64,000 bases of DNA from positions 75,549 to 139,548 of the forward strand of contig JAVCCB010000041.1 in the NCBI GenBank assembly GCA_030765685.1, read 5' to 3'. Below are positions 8,096-17,429 of the stretch, piece after piece. The stretch comes from Candidatus Tantalella remota (lineage in GTDB: Bacteria; Omnitrophota; Gorgyraeia; Tantalellales; Tantalellaceae). The notes under the pieces are model-generated. The model did no database searches and had not been told where the DNA came from. It worked only from the letters and a program-made list of their open reading frames with translations. Every line of letters starts with the position of its first letter. Within the stretch, counting starts at the first letter, position 1. The position numbers were made by a program, and so were the translations under genes.

Positions 8096-9808
8096 CTAGG
8101 TTGCGCGCATTACCTCTTCAAGTGTCGTAAGCCCCTTGGCGAACTTAATCATCGCGTTATCCCGCAGTTTTCTTACCCCTTTTTTTGCGATGTATTCCCT
8201 GATATCATTTTCCGAGGCTTTCGAGTTTATCATTTCTTTTATTTTGTCGTCGATCAAAAGCGTCTCCAGCGTACCCAGCCTCCCCCGGTACCCCGTATCG
8301 TTACATTTTTTACACCCCTTGCCTTTGTAGAACTTGTCTACGTCTTTGACTTCGGGATATTTTTTTCTTATCTCATCTATCACTTCCTTCGGAATATCGG
8401 TCTCGGTCTTGCAATGCGGACATATCCTCCTTAAAAGCCTTTGCGCGCAGGCCATTACGAGGCTTGAAGCGACAAGGAACGGCTCTATCCCCATATTGAC
8501 AAGACGAGTTATCGCTCCTATCGAGTCGTTGGTGTGCAGCGTACTCAGCACCATCTGCCCCGTCAAGGAAGCTTTGATAGCAATATCAGCTGTCTCAAAA
8601 TCCCGTATTTCCCCGACCATTATGATATCAGGGCTCTGCCTGAGTATAGCTCTCAGTCCATTCGAAAAATCAAGGCCTATCTCGGGATGCACCGCTATCT
8701 GGGTTATACCGGCCACCTGGTACTCGACCGGATCCTCCACCGTGATAATGTTGCGTTCAGGGACATTCATCTCATTGAGTACCGAATAAAGGGTCGTAGA
8801 TTTACCACTCCCGGTGGGGCCGGTAACGAGAATTATGCCGAAAGGTTTCGACAAGGCTTCCTTAAAATCATCAAGAGGCCCGGGCAGAAACCCCAGCGTC
8901 TCAAGACCTACTGAAAGATTGCTTTTATCCAGCGCGCGCAGGACCATTTTATTACCGTAGGTTATCGGCAACGCCGACACCCTGAAATCAACCTCTTTCT
9001 TATCCATCTTTATCCTGAACCGCCCGTCCTGCGGTATCCTATTCTCGGTAATATCCATATTGGACATTATCTTAAGGCGCGTGAGAACAGAGTTCTGGTT
9101 CTTCGACGGAAGGTTGAACACATCGTGAAGTTCTCCGTCGATACGGTATCTTATCTTAAGGTTCTTTTCCTGAGGCTCTATGTGAATATCGCTCGCGCGA
9201 CGTTTTAGAGCTTCCCCTATTATCAGGTTGACCATCTTTACTATGGGCGCCGTTTTGCTTTGCTTGGCGATCTCCATAAGGTCCTGCCCCTCTGACTTCC
9301 CTATAACCTCGACATCCGTGCCTTCCTCTTCTTCCTCAAGAACAATAGAAGTAAAATCTTCCTCTTCATTGTTCTCATAAAAAGAGTTAAGCGCGTCCTG
9401 CAATTCTCTCCGCGTGGACAGTACAAGATGGACGTCACATCCCGTTACCGTCCTAACGTCATCAAGCGCAACTATGTCAGCGGGGTCTGATACTACAAGC
9501 GTCAGGCTTTTCCCCTTTTCCGCCAAGGGCACTACGACATACCTACGAGCAAGTTTTTCCGGCAAAAGGTTTACGGTATGAGCTTCCAGGTTAACCCTTG
9601 ACATATCTATCGGCGGGATCCCCAACTCACGGCTCAACACCTCCAAAAGGTCCGAGTCGGCGATTACCCCCTTTTCAACAAGCAGGTTGATAATATCGCC
9701 TTCGCCTTTGCTCTCGGCATCCTTGAGCGCCCCCTTAAGCTGCCGGACGTTTACCAAACCGCTGCCTTCAAGCGCTTTAAGGATCCTGGTTTTTATAGAT
9801 GGTCCCAT
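8096..9808 (-). CDS. pilB: PilB/GspE-family assembly ATPase, paralog 1
   Basis: 570 aa; N-terminal GSPII_E_N-like region, Walker A GPTGSGKSTTLYS, Asp/His boxes, tetracysteine CPHC...CKKC zinc motif. Confidence 0.85.
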   Translation of the reverse strand: MGPSIKTRILKALEGSGLVNVRQLKGALKDAESKGEGDIINLLVEKGVIADSDLLEVLSRELGIPPIDMSRVNLEAHTVNLLPEKLARRYVVVPLAEKGKSLTLVVSDPADIVALDDVRTVTGCDVHLVLSTRRELQDALNSFYENNEEEDFTSIVLEEEEEGTDVEVIGKSEGQDLMEIAKQSKTAPIVKMVNLIIGEALKRRASDIHIEPQEKNLKIRYRIDGELHDVFNLPSKNQNSVLTRLKIMSNMDITENRIPQDGRFRIKMDKKEVDFRVSALPITYGNKMVLRALDKSNLSVGLETLGFLPGPLDDFKEALSKPFGIILVTGPTGSGKSTTLYSVLNEMNVPERNIITVEDPVEYQVAGITQIAVHPEIGLDFSNGLRAILRQSPDIIMVGEIRDFETADIAIKASLTGQMVLSTLHTNDSIGAITRLVNMGIEPFLVASSLVMACAQRLLRRICPHCKTETDIPKEVIDEIRKKYPEVKDVDKFYKGKGCKKCNDTGYRGRLGTLETLLIDDKIKEMINSKASENDIREYIAKKGVRKLRDNAMIKFAKGLTTLEEVMRAT

Positions 9809-9815
9809 TCCTGAT

Positions 9816-11543
9816 CTACTCCATTACCCTATCGTCGATAGTCGTTCTAAGCACTTCCTCGAGGGAAGTGACCCCTTCAACAACGTTCTCTATACCGTTC
9901 TCTCTTAACGTTTTCATTCCCTCGTCCCTCGCGATTTTCTTTATTTCGTTTCCCTGCGCGCGTTCAAATATAAGTTCCTTGATACCCGGGGTCAGCTCTA
10001 TGCATTCCATTATCCCCATCCTACCCATATATCCCGTGTTGGAGCACCGATTGCATCCGCCGGGCCTGTATATCTTAGCCTTTTTCCCTTTTTGGTCAAA
10101 AAGCCCGTACTTTTCGGTGATCTCTTTCGTGGGAGCATAGGGCTCCCTGCACTCCGTACAGAGTTTTCGGAGCAAGCGCTGTGAGGCTATCAGCTCAACG
10201 GACGCCGCTATCAGAAAGGGTTCGACCCCCATGTTCATCATCCTTACAATGGACTCTGAAGCGGTGTTTGTATGAAGCGTGCTGAGCACAAGATGTCCGG
10301 TAAGCGCCGATTTTATAGCTACGTCCAGCGTATCATAATCCCGTATTTCCCCTACCATGATGATGTCCGGATCCTGCCGGAGTATGGACCGCAGACAGCT
10401 CGCGAACGTCAGATCTATGTCGTTGTTTATCGACACCTGATTTATCCCGGGAAGTTCATATTCAACCGGGTCTTCTACGGTCACCAGGTTCTTTCCCGGA
10501 TCATCCACATGTTTCAGTATGGAATAAAGAGTGGTCGTTTTCCCGCAACCGGTAGGCCCGCACGCAAGGATCATTCCGTGTGGCTTTTTACCGGCTTTCT
10601 TCATTTTGTCTATGTCACGTTCATGGAATCCGAGAGCGTCGATATCTATCCTGGCCTGACCCTTATCCAAAACCCTGAGCGCTACCTTCTCCCCGAAACT
10701 GGCAGGCACCACGGATATCCTGAAATCCACCTTACGGTTATCCATTTTTATCCTGAACCTGCCGTCCTGCGGCAGGCGGCGTTCGGCTATATCGAGATCC
10801 GACATGACCTTGAGCCTGGATATAAGCGCATGGTGAAATTTCCTCGGAGGATTGTATCTTTCGACAAGCACCCCGTCTATCCTGTACCTTACCCTGGAAT
10901 TCGATTCCATGGGTTCTATCAGTATATCGCTGGCCCGCTCTTTGACCGCGCGGCTTACGATCATATTCGTAAGCTTTACCACCGGTGCTTCTTCCGTTAT
11001 TCTCAAGAGTTCCCCGGAAGACACCTCCTCCTCGCCATCACCGGAGACCATCTCCATCGAAGCGCTTTTTATATCATCGACGATTTCGCTTATCTCTTCG
11101 TCCGCGGAAGCCTCGTAGTATCTTTGTATGGCTTCTTGCATACCGTCTTCGGTCACGATCACGGGACTGATCTCCAGGTTGGTCATGACCTTAAGATCGT
11201 CCAAAGCAAACACGTTCAGAGGATCGACCATAGCGACGGTCAGCTGCCTTCCGACGCGGGATATCGGAAGCGCGTGATACGAAGCGGCTATTCTTTTTGG
11301 GATAAGCCCTACGATCTCATCGTCAACCTTCAACCTGGAAAGGTCCAGTGGCGGAATGCCTATTTCCTGGCTGAAAAGCGTAAGAAGATCCTCTTTTTTA
11401 AGAGCTCCCGTCCCTATCAGGATCTCCGCGAGACTGCCGCCTCTCTGAGCGTGTATCTCCCGTGCCTTATTGAGGTCCTCTTCCAAAAGAACTTTTCTCT
11501 GCACCAGAAGATCACATGTCTTTTTCGTAAGCGTAAGCGCCAT
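9816..11543 (-). CDS. PilB/GspE-family assembly ATPase, paralog 2
   Basis: 575 aa; Walker A GPTGCGKTTTLYS, tetracysteine CTEC...CNRC, collinear with paralog 1 but clearly diverged. Confidence 0.85.
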   Translation of the reverse strand: MALTLTKKTCDLLVQRKVLLEEDLNKAREIHAQRGGSLAEILIGTGALKKEDLLTLFSQEIGIPPLDLSRLKVDDEIVGLIPKRIAASYHALPISRVGRQLTVAMVDPLNVFALDDLKVMTNLEISPVIVTEDGMQEAIQRYYEASADEEISEIVDDIKSASMEMVSGDGEEEVSSGELLRITEEAPVVKLTNMIVSRAVKERASDILIEPMESNSRVRYRIDGVLVERYNPPRKFHHALISRLKVMSDLDIAERRLPQDGRFRIKMDNRKVDFRISVVPASFGEKVALRVLDKGQARIDIDALGFHERDIDKMKKAGKKPHGMILACGPTGCGKTTTLYSILKHVDDPGKNLVTVEDPVEYELPGINQVSINNDIDLTFASCLRSILRQDPDIIMVGEIRDYDTLDVAIKSALTGHLVLSTLHTNTASESIVRMMNMGVEPFLIAASVELIASQRLLRKLCTECREPYAPTKEITEKYGLFDQKGKKAKIYRPGGCNRCSNTGYMGRMGIMECIELTPGIKELIFERAQGNEIKKIARDEGMKTLRENGIENVVEGVTSLEEVLRTTIDDRVME

Positions 11544-11552
11544 AGATCATTC

Positions 11553-12002
11553 TCACTTGCCCGCCGGCTTATACAGCTTATTCAGAGCTTCGTGAATAGC
11601 TGTGACCGTACATATGAATACATGGATTTTTTTCTTGCTCATCATCTCCACGTCCTCGATGGCTTTTTCATTAAGCGGGTTTGACATCGCCACTGTCAGC
11701 ATGTCACCGATAACGTCAATAGGAAGTATGCTGTACTGCCGAGCGACGTTCTCCGGGACGACCCTTGCCATCTCCTTCTTAAACTCGTACTGCTCAAGCG
11801 GTAGGAACGGGAACCCGTACTGCATCGTAAGGGCATGGACTATGTCGTCTTCTTTGACATACCCCAACTTGATAAGTATCTCACCCAGCAGGCCACCTTC
11901 ATGTCTTTGAAAATCCAAAGCGCGCTGCAGCTGCTCAGTTGTTATGACTTCGCTGGATACCAGTATTTCTCCGAGTTTTTTACCTATGCGTTTTATCGGC
12001 AT
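11553..12002 (-). CDS. standalone MshEN (GspE N-terminal) domain protein, putative c-di-GMP receptor
   Basis: 149 aa with two tandem 24-residue MshEN motifs: KLGEILVSSEVITTEQLQRALDFQ and LLGEILIKLGYVKEDDIVHALTMQ (pattern RLGxxLLxxGxIxxxxLxxALxxQ). No ATPase domain. Confidence 0.6.
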   Translation of the reverse strand: MPIKRIGKKLGEILVSSEVITTEQLQRALDFQRHEGGLLGEILIKLGYVKEDDIVHALTMQYGFPFLPLEQYEFKKEMARVVPENVARQYSILPIDVIGDMLTVAMSNPLNEKAIEDVEMMSKKKIHVFICTVTAIHEALNKLYKPAGK

Positions 12003-12035
12003 TATCTTTCTCCCGCTTTTTGTTTATCAGACTCC

Positions 12036-13097
12036 TCATCCAAGCAGTTTCTCAAGCTCTTCTATGTCCCCCGACCTCGCCAGCGCCTCCTCTACAGAAA
12101 CAACACCCGCCTTATAAAGTTCTGAAAGCGACTGGTTCATCGTACGCATCCCGTATTTCTGGGACGTCTGTATTATCGAATATATCTGATGCTCTTTCGC
12201 GTCCCGTATCATACTCCTGATAGCCGGCGTGGCCACGAGCACCTCTGACGCCAGTATCCTGCCCGGCTTGTCCTTAAATGGAAGCAGTTGCTGGGACAAT
12301 ATCCCAAGCAGAACGAACGACAGCTGTGCCCTTATCTGCTTCTGCTGGTGGGCTGGAAATACGTCTACCATCCTATTTATCGATTGCGTACTGTCGGACG
12401 TGTGCAGTGTCCCCAGCACCAGGTGTCCCGTATCGGCTATAACGAGCGCCTGCTGTATCGTATCAAGGTCGCGTAGCTCTCCTATCAGTATCACGTCCGG
12501 ATCCTGCCTTAAAACGTGCCTCAGGGCCTTTCCAAAAGACCGGGTGTCTTCTATGAGCTGTCTCTGGTCGATAATGGCTTTTTTATTCGCGTGAACAAAT
12601 TCTATCGGGTCCTCGACCGTCACGATGTGGCAGCTTCGATTCGCGTTTATCTCGTCCACCATAGCGGCAAGCGTCGTAGATTTCCCGCTTCCGGTAGCAC
12701 CCGTGACCAAAACCAGCCCTTTCTGTGCCCTGCAGAAACTCCTCACTATGTCGGCGGGTAATCCGCATTCCTCTATCGTCAGTATCTTCAGCGGTATGAG
12801 ACGTATCGCGCAGCCGATATTACCGCGCTGAAGAAAAAGGTTACCCCTGTACCTGCCTACATCTTCTATGGTAAAAGAAAAATCGAGTTCCATTTCATAT
12901 TCAAATTTTTTGACCTCTTCCGCGTTTATGAACCCGTAAACTATTTTCTGCACCTCCTCTGCCGAAAGCGCCCCACCTTCGAGACGAACAAGTTCGTTGT
13001 CTATCCGGTAATGCATCGGAGAATTAGCGCTTATGTGAAGATCTGACGCCCTTTTCTCGACCATATCGATAAGTATTTTTTTGATGTCCTCTCTCAT
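12036..13097 (-). CDS. pilT: PilT twitching-motility (retraction) ATPase
   Basis: 353 aa; Walker A GATGSGKSTTLAAM, HLVLGTLHT His box, PilT-typical length, no N-terminal extension. Confidence 0.85.
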   Translation of the reverse strand: MREDIKKILIDMVEKRASDLHISANSPMHYRIDNELVRLEGGALSAEEVQKIVYGFINAEEVKKFEYEMELDFSFTIEDVGRYRGNLFLQRGNIGCAIRLIPLKILTIEECGLPADIVRSFCRAQKGLVLVTGATGSGKSTTLAAMVDEINANRSCHIVTVEDPIEFVHANKKAIIDQRQLIEDTRSFGKALRHVLRQDPDVILIGELRDLDTIQQALVIADTGHLVLGTLHTSDSTQSINRMVDVFPAHQQKQIRAQLSFVLLGILSQQLLPFKDKPGRILASEVLVATPAIRSMIRDAKEHQIYSIIQTSQKYGMRTMNQSLSELYKAGVVSVEEALARSGDIEELEKLLG

Positions 13098-13133
13098 GGC
13101 ATTGTCCTTTTCTTTTTAGGTTTTACAAACCGT

Positions 13134-14549
13134 TTACATCCAGCCCACGACCCTGTTCCGTCCGTCCTCGCGAGCTTTTTTCATATAACTCCTGGCTTTC
13201 TCTATTATCTCCTTGCCGGTAGCTCCGTCTATCGGGTTCTCACCCACCCCTATGCTCGCGGTCACCCGGTCGCCTTCGGAGGCCGAGATCTCGAGTTCTT
13301 CTATGATCTTTCGCAAGTTCTCCGCCAACTCCATACTTTCCCTCTTGTTCATCTCCGGCAGCAAGATCCCGAATTCGTATTCTTCAAAACGCGCTATTTT
13401 CCCGATGGGCGGCAAAACCTTGGCCAGCATGTCCGATATGTGCTTTATTACCTGCTGGGACTTTGACAGGCCATAGTCATCGGAATACCGGTCAAAATTA
13501 TCCAGGCCCAGGACCACCAGAGAACAGGGCCTCTGATAATATACCGCCCTGTTGATCTCGTCTTCCAGGCGATCCTGCAAATACGAAAGCGTATAAAGCC
13601 CCGTCAGCGTATCGACGACTTCCAGGTCTTTCACCTTTTCGAATGCCTGCGATGTCTGGTATCCGAGAACCAGTTCCTTCTCAAAAGCACGAAGAACCTC
13701 TATATCCTCCGTACTGAAAGTAGCGGACGCGGTGTAATTGGCCAGCACCATGACTCCTATGACACTGTTGTGAAGTTTTAGGGGGAACATAACCATGTTC
13801 ATGCCGCCAAATTTATCTTTAAGTTCTTTCTGCCACGGCTTCTTTGTCGGGCGCGTATCCACCAGCAGGTATTCGTTGCGAACGAACAGTTTTTCTATGT
13901 CCCCAAGCTCTCCCTCTATCCGTGATACCGGGACTTCTTTTTCGCAATTATCACAGAAAGACCTCATGGAATACTTGCCCCCCTTTTCCTTCATAAAAAT
14001 CGCGCAGAATCCTCCGTACAATTCGCCGGCTATCCTGTCCGCGGCAAAACTGGTTATCTCATTAAAATCGGCGCCGGTGGAGATCAGGTCCCCCAGTCTC
14101 ATAAGATTCGTAAGGGTCAGGACCTTCTTATGCACCCTCGCATTCAAGACGGCAGTCTTACGGCTGTAAGCCTGCAACTCGCCGATGTAGTTTCGCATCT
14201 TACCCGTCATAGTGTTGACCGCGCTGGCAATGTCCCCCAGCTCGTCCTCTCTCATCACCATTATCTTGGAATCATACTGACCCTCAGCGATTATCTTTGT
14301 CTCAAGCGCGAGGTTGATGATCGGGTTCACTATTTCCTTCATCAAAATGTATCCCGCATAAGACACCCAGAGGACGAACATGACGATCGCCGTTACCTGG
14401 AACGTGCTGGCCGGGGATCCGGGAAATATGTAATAAGTCACAAGATACGCTATTACGAGCAGCGGTATGATGGACATCAAAGAAAAAGCCAAAAGTAGTT
14501 TATACTTAAGGCTTTTTGTCCCGACCGAAAGATATTGTAGTAAACCCAT
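13134..14549 (-). CDS. membrane HAMP-GAF-GGDEF-like protein with degenerate active site
   Basis: Two N-terminal TM helices, a HAMP-like linker, and a C-terminal GGDEF fold (LDNFDRYSDDYG...). The catalytic RYGGEEF position reads RFEEYEF, and no RxxD I-site sits upstream. Confidence 0.7.
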   Translation of the reverse strand: MGLLQYLSVGTKSLKYKLLLAFSLMSIIPLLVIAYLVTYYIFPGSPASTFQVTAIVMFVLWVSYAGYILMKEIVNPIINLALETKIIAEGQYDSKIMVMREDELGDIASAVNTMTGKMRNYIGELQAYSRKTAVLNARVHKKVLTLTNLMRLGDLISTGADFNEITSFAADRIAGELYGGFCAIFMKEKGGKYSMRSFCDNCEKEVPVSRIEGELGDIEKLFVRNEYLLVDTRPTKKPWQKELKDKFGGMNMVMFPLKLHNSVIGVMVLANYTASATFSTEDIEVLRAFEKELVLGYQTSQAFEKVKDLEVVDTLTGLYTLSYLQDRLEDEINRAVYYQRPCSLVVLGLDNFDRYSDDYGLSKSQQVIKHISDMLAKVLPPIGKIARFEEYEFGILLPEMNKRESMELAENLRKIIEELEISASEGDRVTASIGVGENPIDGATGKEIIEKARSYMKKAREDGRNRVVGWM

Positions 14550-14752
14550 AAGGTCCTCCTGAACTATAAAAGTTGTTTATTTAGTATTGAAGATGATAAT
14601 AACAATAATACATGACGTATAGGTAAAAGTCAAAATAGTGGCCATAGTAAAAATAAGACTAATAACCTAAGGGGGTGATCAAGGTTGGGGCTTGGGTGTT
14701 GGGTCTTGGGTATTGAGGGTAGCCTCTGTTGACCGCCAACCACCACAGAAGT

Positions 14753-14922
14753 AAAATCGTCATCCCCGCATGTTCTTAGCGGGGATCCAATAAAAGTCCA
14801 CTTCTATTTGATCCCGGATATTCACCTTCCGCCTTCGCCAAGCTGTTCAGGTTTTATCGGGCTACGGCGGACTTTGTCGCCAAGGCTATGGCGAACAGGT
14901 CGGCGAATTCCGGGATGACGTT
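14753..14922. repeat. MITE-like repeat family B, copy 1 (TIR CGTCATCCCCG / CGGGATGACG with internal hairpin)
   Basis: AATCGTCATCCCCGCATGTTCTTAGCGGGGATCC...CCTTCGCCAAGC...GGCGAACAGGTCGGCGAATTCCGGGATGACG; about 165 bp; homologous copy at 17067-17225. Confidence 0.6.
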
Positions 14923-15023
14923 CTCTCCCAATACCCGGTACTCGATACCCGGTACTTATCCCTGATGACTGGGTACTGATGACTGATCACTGACCGGTCA
15001 AGACTGGACCGTCAGCTTCCGTT

Positions 15024-15213
15024 GAAATCCAAATGACAAAATCCAAATGACAAATGAAATCCAAAATCCAAATAACAAAACGTGCAAAGACAAAAAAACA
15101 ATGCTATTAAGAGAAAGGTATGAAGTACAAACAAGGCAAAAAAAAGAAACTAGCATTTTGGATTTAATGATCTGGGCTTATTTTGGATTTTGGGCTTTGG
15201 TTTTGGGATTTAA
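15024..15213. repeat. repeat family A, copy 2 (inverted orientation, with about 100 bp of internal sequence)
   Basis: AAATCCAAATGACAAAATCCAAATGACAAATGAAATCCAAAA ... TTTTGGATTTTGGGCTTTGGTTTTGGGATTT. Confidence 0.6.
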
Positions 15214-15224
15214 CCAGCGTCTGA

Positions 15225-16976
15225 TCACTTATCATACAAACCGCTCGCTTCAAGCTCTGAGAGGAGATACTCTTTATCCACTTCCACAATAATGTGATCC
15301 CAGGGCAGAACGTCTTCCTTCGAATAAGTGCGGCACGCATATTCCGTCATGTCCACTCCCTCAGAGTCAAACGCTTCTTTCCATATATTGATGTTGAAAC
15401 TTTCATTCCACCCGTCCATCCTGGCGCCTTTTTGCCACGCGCGGTATATGATGTCCGAGATCTCGCGCCCCCCTCTCGATATACACGCTTCCAAAAGCGC
15501 CTGGTCAAGGTCATGAAATTCGACTTTTACCTTTTTCGAGGATCCGGACCTTAGAACATCTTTTGTCCGCGACATGCCTTCCGGGTCTTTCATCCCGATC
15601 CACTGCAGGGGCGTATGCGGTTTCGGGATAAACGGGTTGACGCTGACGCGTATCTCAGCGGCACCGCCGGAAGATACTTTTTTCTTGAGCGCGGATATCT
15701 CTTTTCCGAGAGCAACTATTTTCCCTGCCTCATCTTCCGGCTCACCGGGAAACCCTACCATAAAATAAAGTTTCAGCCTTCTCCAGCCGTGACTGAAAGC
15801 CAGAGAAGCTGACTTGCAAAGCACCTGGGTATCTATTTTTTTACCGATAGCTTCTCTCACCTCACCTGAGGCCGCTTCCGGCGCAAAAGTCAGTCCGGTC
15901 TTGCGTATCGCTGATATCATCTCAGGAAGTTCGTAAAAAGCCTCATCCACCCGCAGCGACGGTATCGACAGCGCTACTCCTTCACCGGAAAAATCCTTGT
16001 TAAGAGCCTTGATCAACTCCGCCAGACGCGGATAATTAACACTGGAGAGCGACAGAAGAGCTATACTTTCATAGCCCGTCAGCTCGTATGTCTTCCTGCA
16101 TATATCCCTCACACGCTCGGGCGTCCTTACCCGAACAGGACGATTTACTATTCCCGCCTGGCAAAAGCGGCATCTGTTGGGACACCCCCGCATGATCTCC
16201 ACGGCGATCCTGTCATGGACGACCCTGACCAGGGGAACTATCTGCTTTTCAGGATAATACGCGTTCTCCAGAGACGCAATCGATACCTTTCGTATCTTAT
16301 CCGGGATCCCGTCCTCAACAGCTTCCAGTCCCATAAATTTACCTTCCGCTTGTATAGCCCGGTAAAAACGCGGCACATACACTCCCTCCAAAAGCGAAAG
16401 CTCTTTCAGTATCTCGTTCCTGTCGTCAGTTCTTTCTTTGGCTTTCCTGTACGCTTCGATAAACACGGGTAAAGCTTCCTCGGCGTCACCGATAAGAAAA
16501 GCGTCCACGAACGCGCTCATAGGTTCAGGATTCGATGCGCAGGCGCCTCCCGCGATAACAAGCGGTTCTTCGTTACCCCTGTCCTTTGACAGGACGGTGA
16601 CCCCTCCGAGCGAGAGCATGTCCAAAACGTTCGTATACGTCAACTCATACGAAAGGCTGAACCCCACAATATCGAACTTGTCCATGTCCGTCCTTGATTC
16701 AAGACTGAACAGCTTCAGGCGGTTCTCGATAAGCTCTCCCCTCATATCCTCCCACGGCATAAACACCCGTTCACATACGATTTTCTCCTGTTCATTTAAG
16801 AGATGATACAAAAGACGCAGCCCCAGATAGCTCATCCCCACTTCGTACGAGTCGGGATACGCGATAAGCACCGAAGTCCTGTCCGGAGAGAATCCCTTGC
16901 GTACGCTGTTGGTCTCTTCGCCTATATAGCGTCCCGGCTTTTGTATTTTATGCAATATGTCTTGGATAGTATTCAT
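15225..16976 (-). CDS. B12-binding-like / radical SAM domain protein (TIGR03960-like)
   Basis: 583 aa; N-terminal B12-binding-like region, CPNRCRFCQAG (CxxxCxxC radical-SAM cluster motif). Confidence 0.7.
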   Translation of the reverse strand: MNTIQDILHKIQKPGRYIGEETNSVRKGFSPDRTSVLIAYPDSYEVGMSYLGLRLLYHLLNEQEKIVCERVFMPWEDMRGELIENRLKLFSLESRTDMDKFDIVGFSLSYELTYTNVLDMLSLGGVTVLSKDRGNEEPLVIAGGACASNPEPMSAFVDAFLIGDAEEALPVFIEAYRKAKERTDDRNEILKELSLLEGVYVPRFYRAIQAEGKFMGLEAVEDGIPDKIRKVSIASLENAYYPEKQIVPLVRVVHDRIAVEIMRGCPNRCRFCQAGIVNRPVRVRTPERVRDICRKTYELTGYESIALLSLSSVNYPRLAELIKALNKDFSGEGVALSIPSLRVDEAFYELPEMISAIRKTGLTFAPEAASGEVREAIGKKIDTQVLCKSASLAFSHGWRRLKLYFMVGFPGEPEDEAGKIVALGKEISALKKKVSSGGAAEIRVSVNPFIPKPHTPLQWIGMKDPEGMSRTKDVLRSGSSKKVKVEFHDLDQALLEACISRGGREISDIIYRAWQKGARMDGWNESFNINIWKEAFDSEGVDMTEYACRTYSKEDVLPWDHIIVEVDKEYLLSELEASGLYDK

Positions 16977-17066
16977 AATTTTTAGCGTTTAGCGTATAGC
17001 TAGCTTGATCTCCTTGTTCGCATTTCGTGTATCGTTGAATAAAAATTAAAAATCAAAGTAAAAATG

Positions 17067-17225
17067 GAAATCGTCATCCCCGCATGCTCTAAGCGGGGAT
17101 CTCGTAAAAATGTCCACTTTTATGTGATCCAGGATATCCACTATCCTCCTTCGTTAAAACTTCCTCCTTCGCCAAGGCTACGGCGGACAGGTCGGCGGAC
17201 AGGAAGCGGATTCCGGGATGACGTC
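17067..17225. repeat. repeat family B, copy 2
   Basis: AATCGTCATCCCCGCATGCTCTAAGCGGGGATC...CCTTCGCCAAGGCTACGGCGGACAGGTCGGCGG...GATTCCGGGATGACG. Confidence 0.6.
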
Positions 17226-17429
17226 TTGATTCCCGCTGGAGTTTATCCTGTACCGAACTTGTTCTGGTACAGGGCGGGAATGACGCTCGAGTCCGCCCCT
17301 ATCCTCCGGACATCCTCTGTCCCTGATATCCCGATCCCCTGATATCCCGGTACCCGGTACTCAATACCCGGTACTGCTCACTCCTGCTCCCCGTTCACAA
17401 TTCCCTATTCCCAATTCTCAATTCCCCGC

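Noticed and set aside
10272-11684. 470-aa plus-strand ORF
   Set aside because: It lies entirely antisense to the pilB paralog 2 gene, which has clear family motifs. Its composition is low-complexity and His/Tyr/Phe-rich, typical of a shadow ORF.
14550-15224. possible tRNA or other structured RNA gene in the long spacers (also 16977-17429, 58818-59310)
   Set aside because: I found no GTTCGA/T-loop plus acceptor-stem arrangement consistent with a tRNA cloverleaf. These regions are explained by repeat families A and B and by heptad filler.
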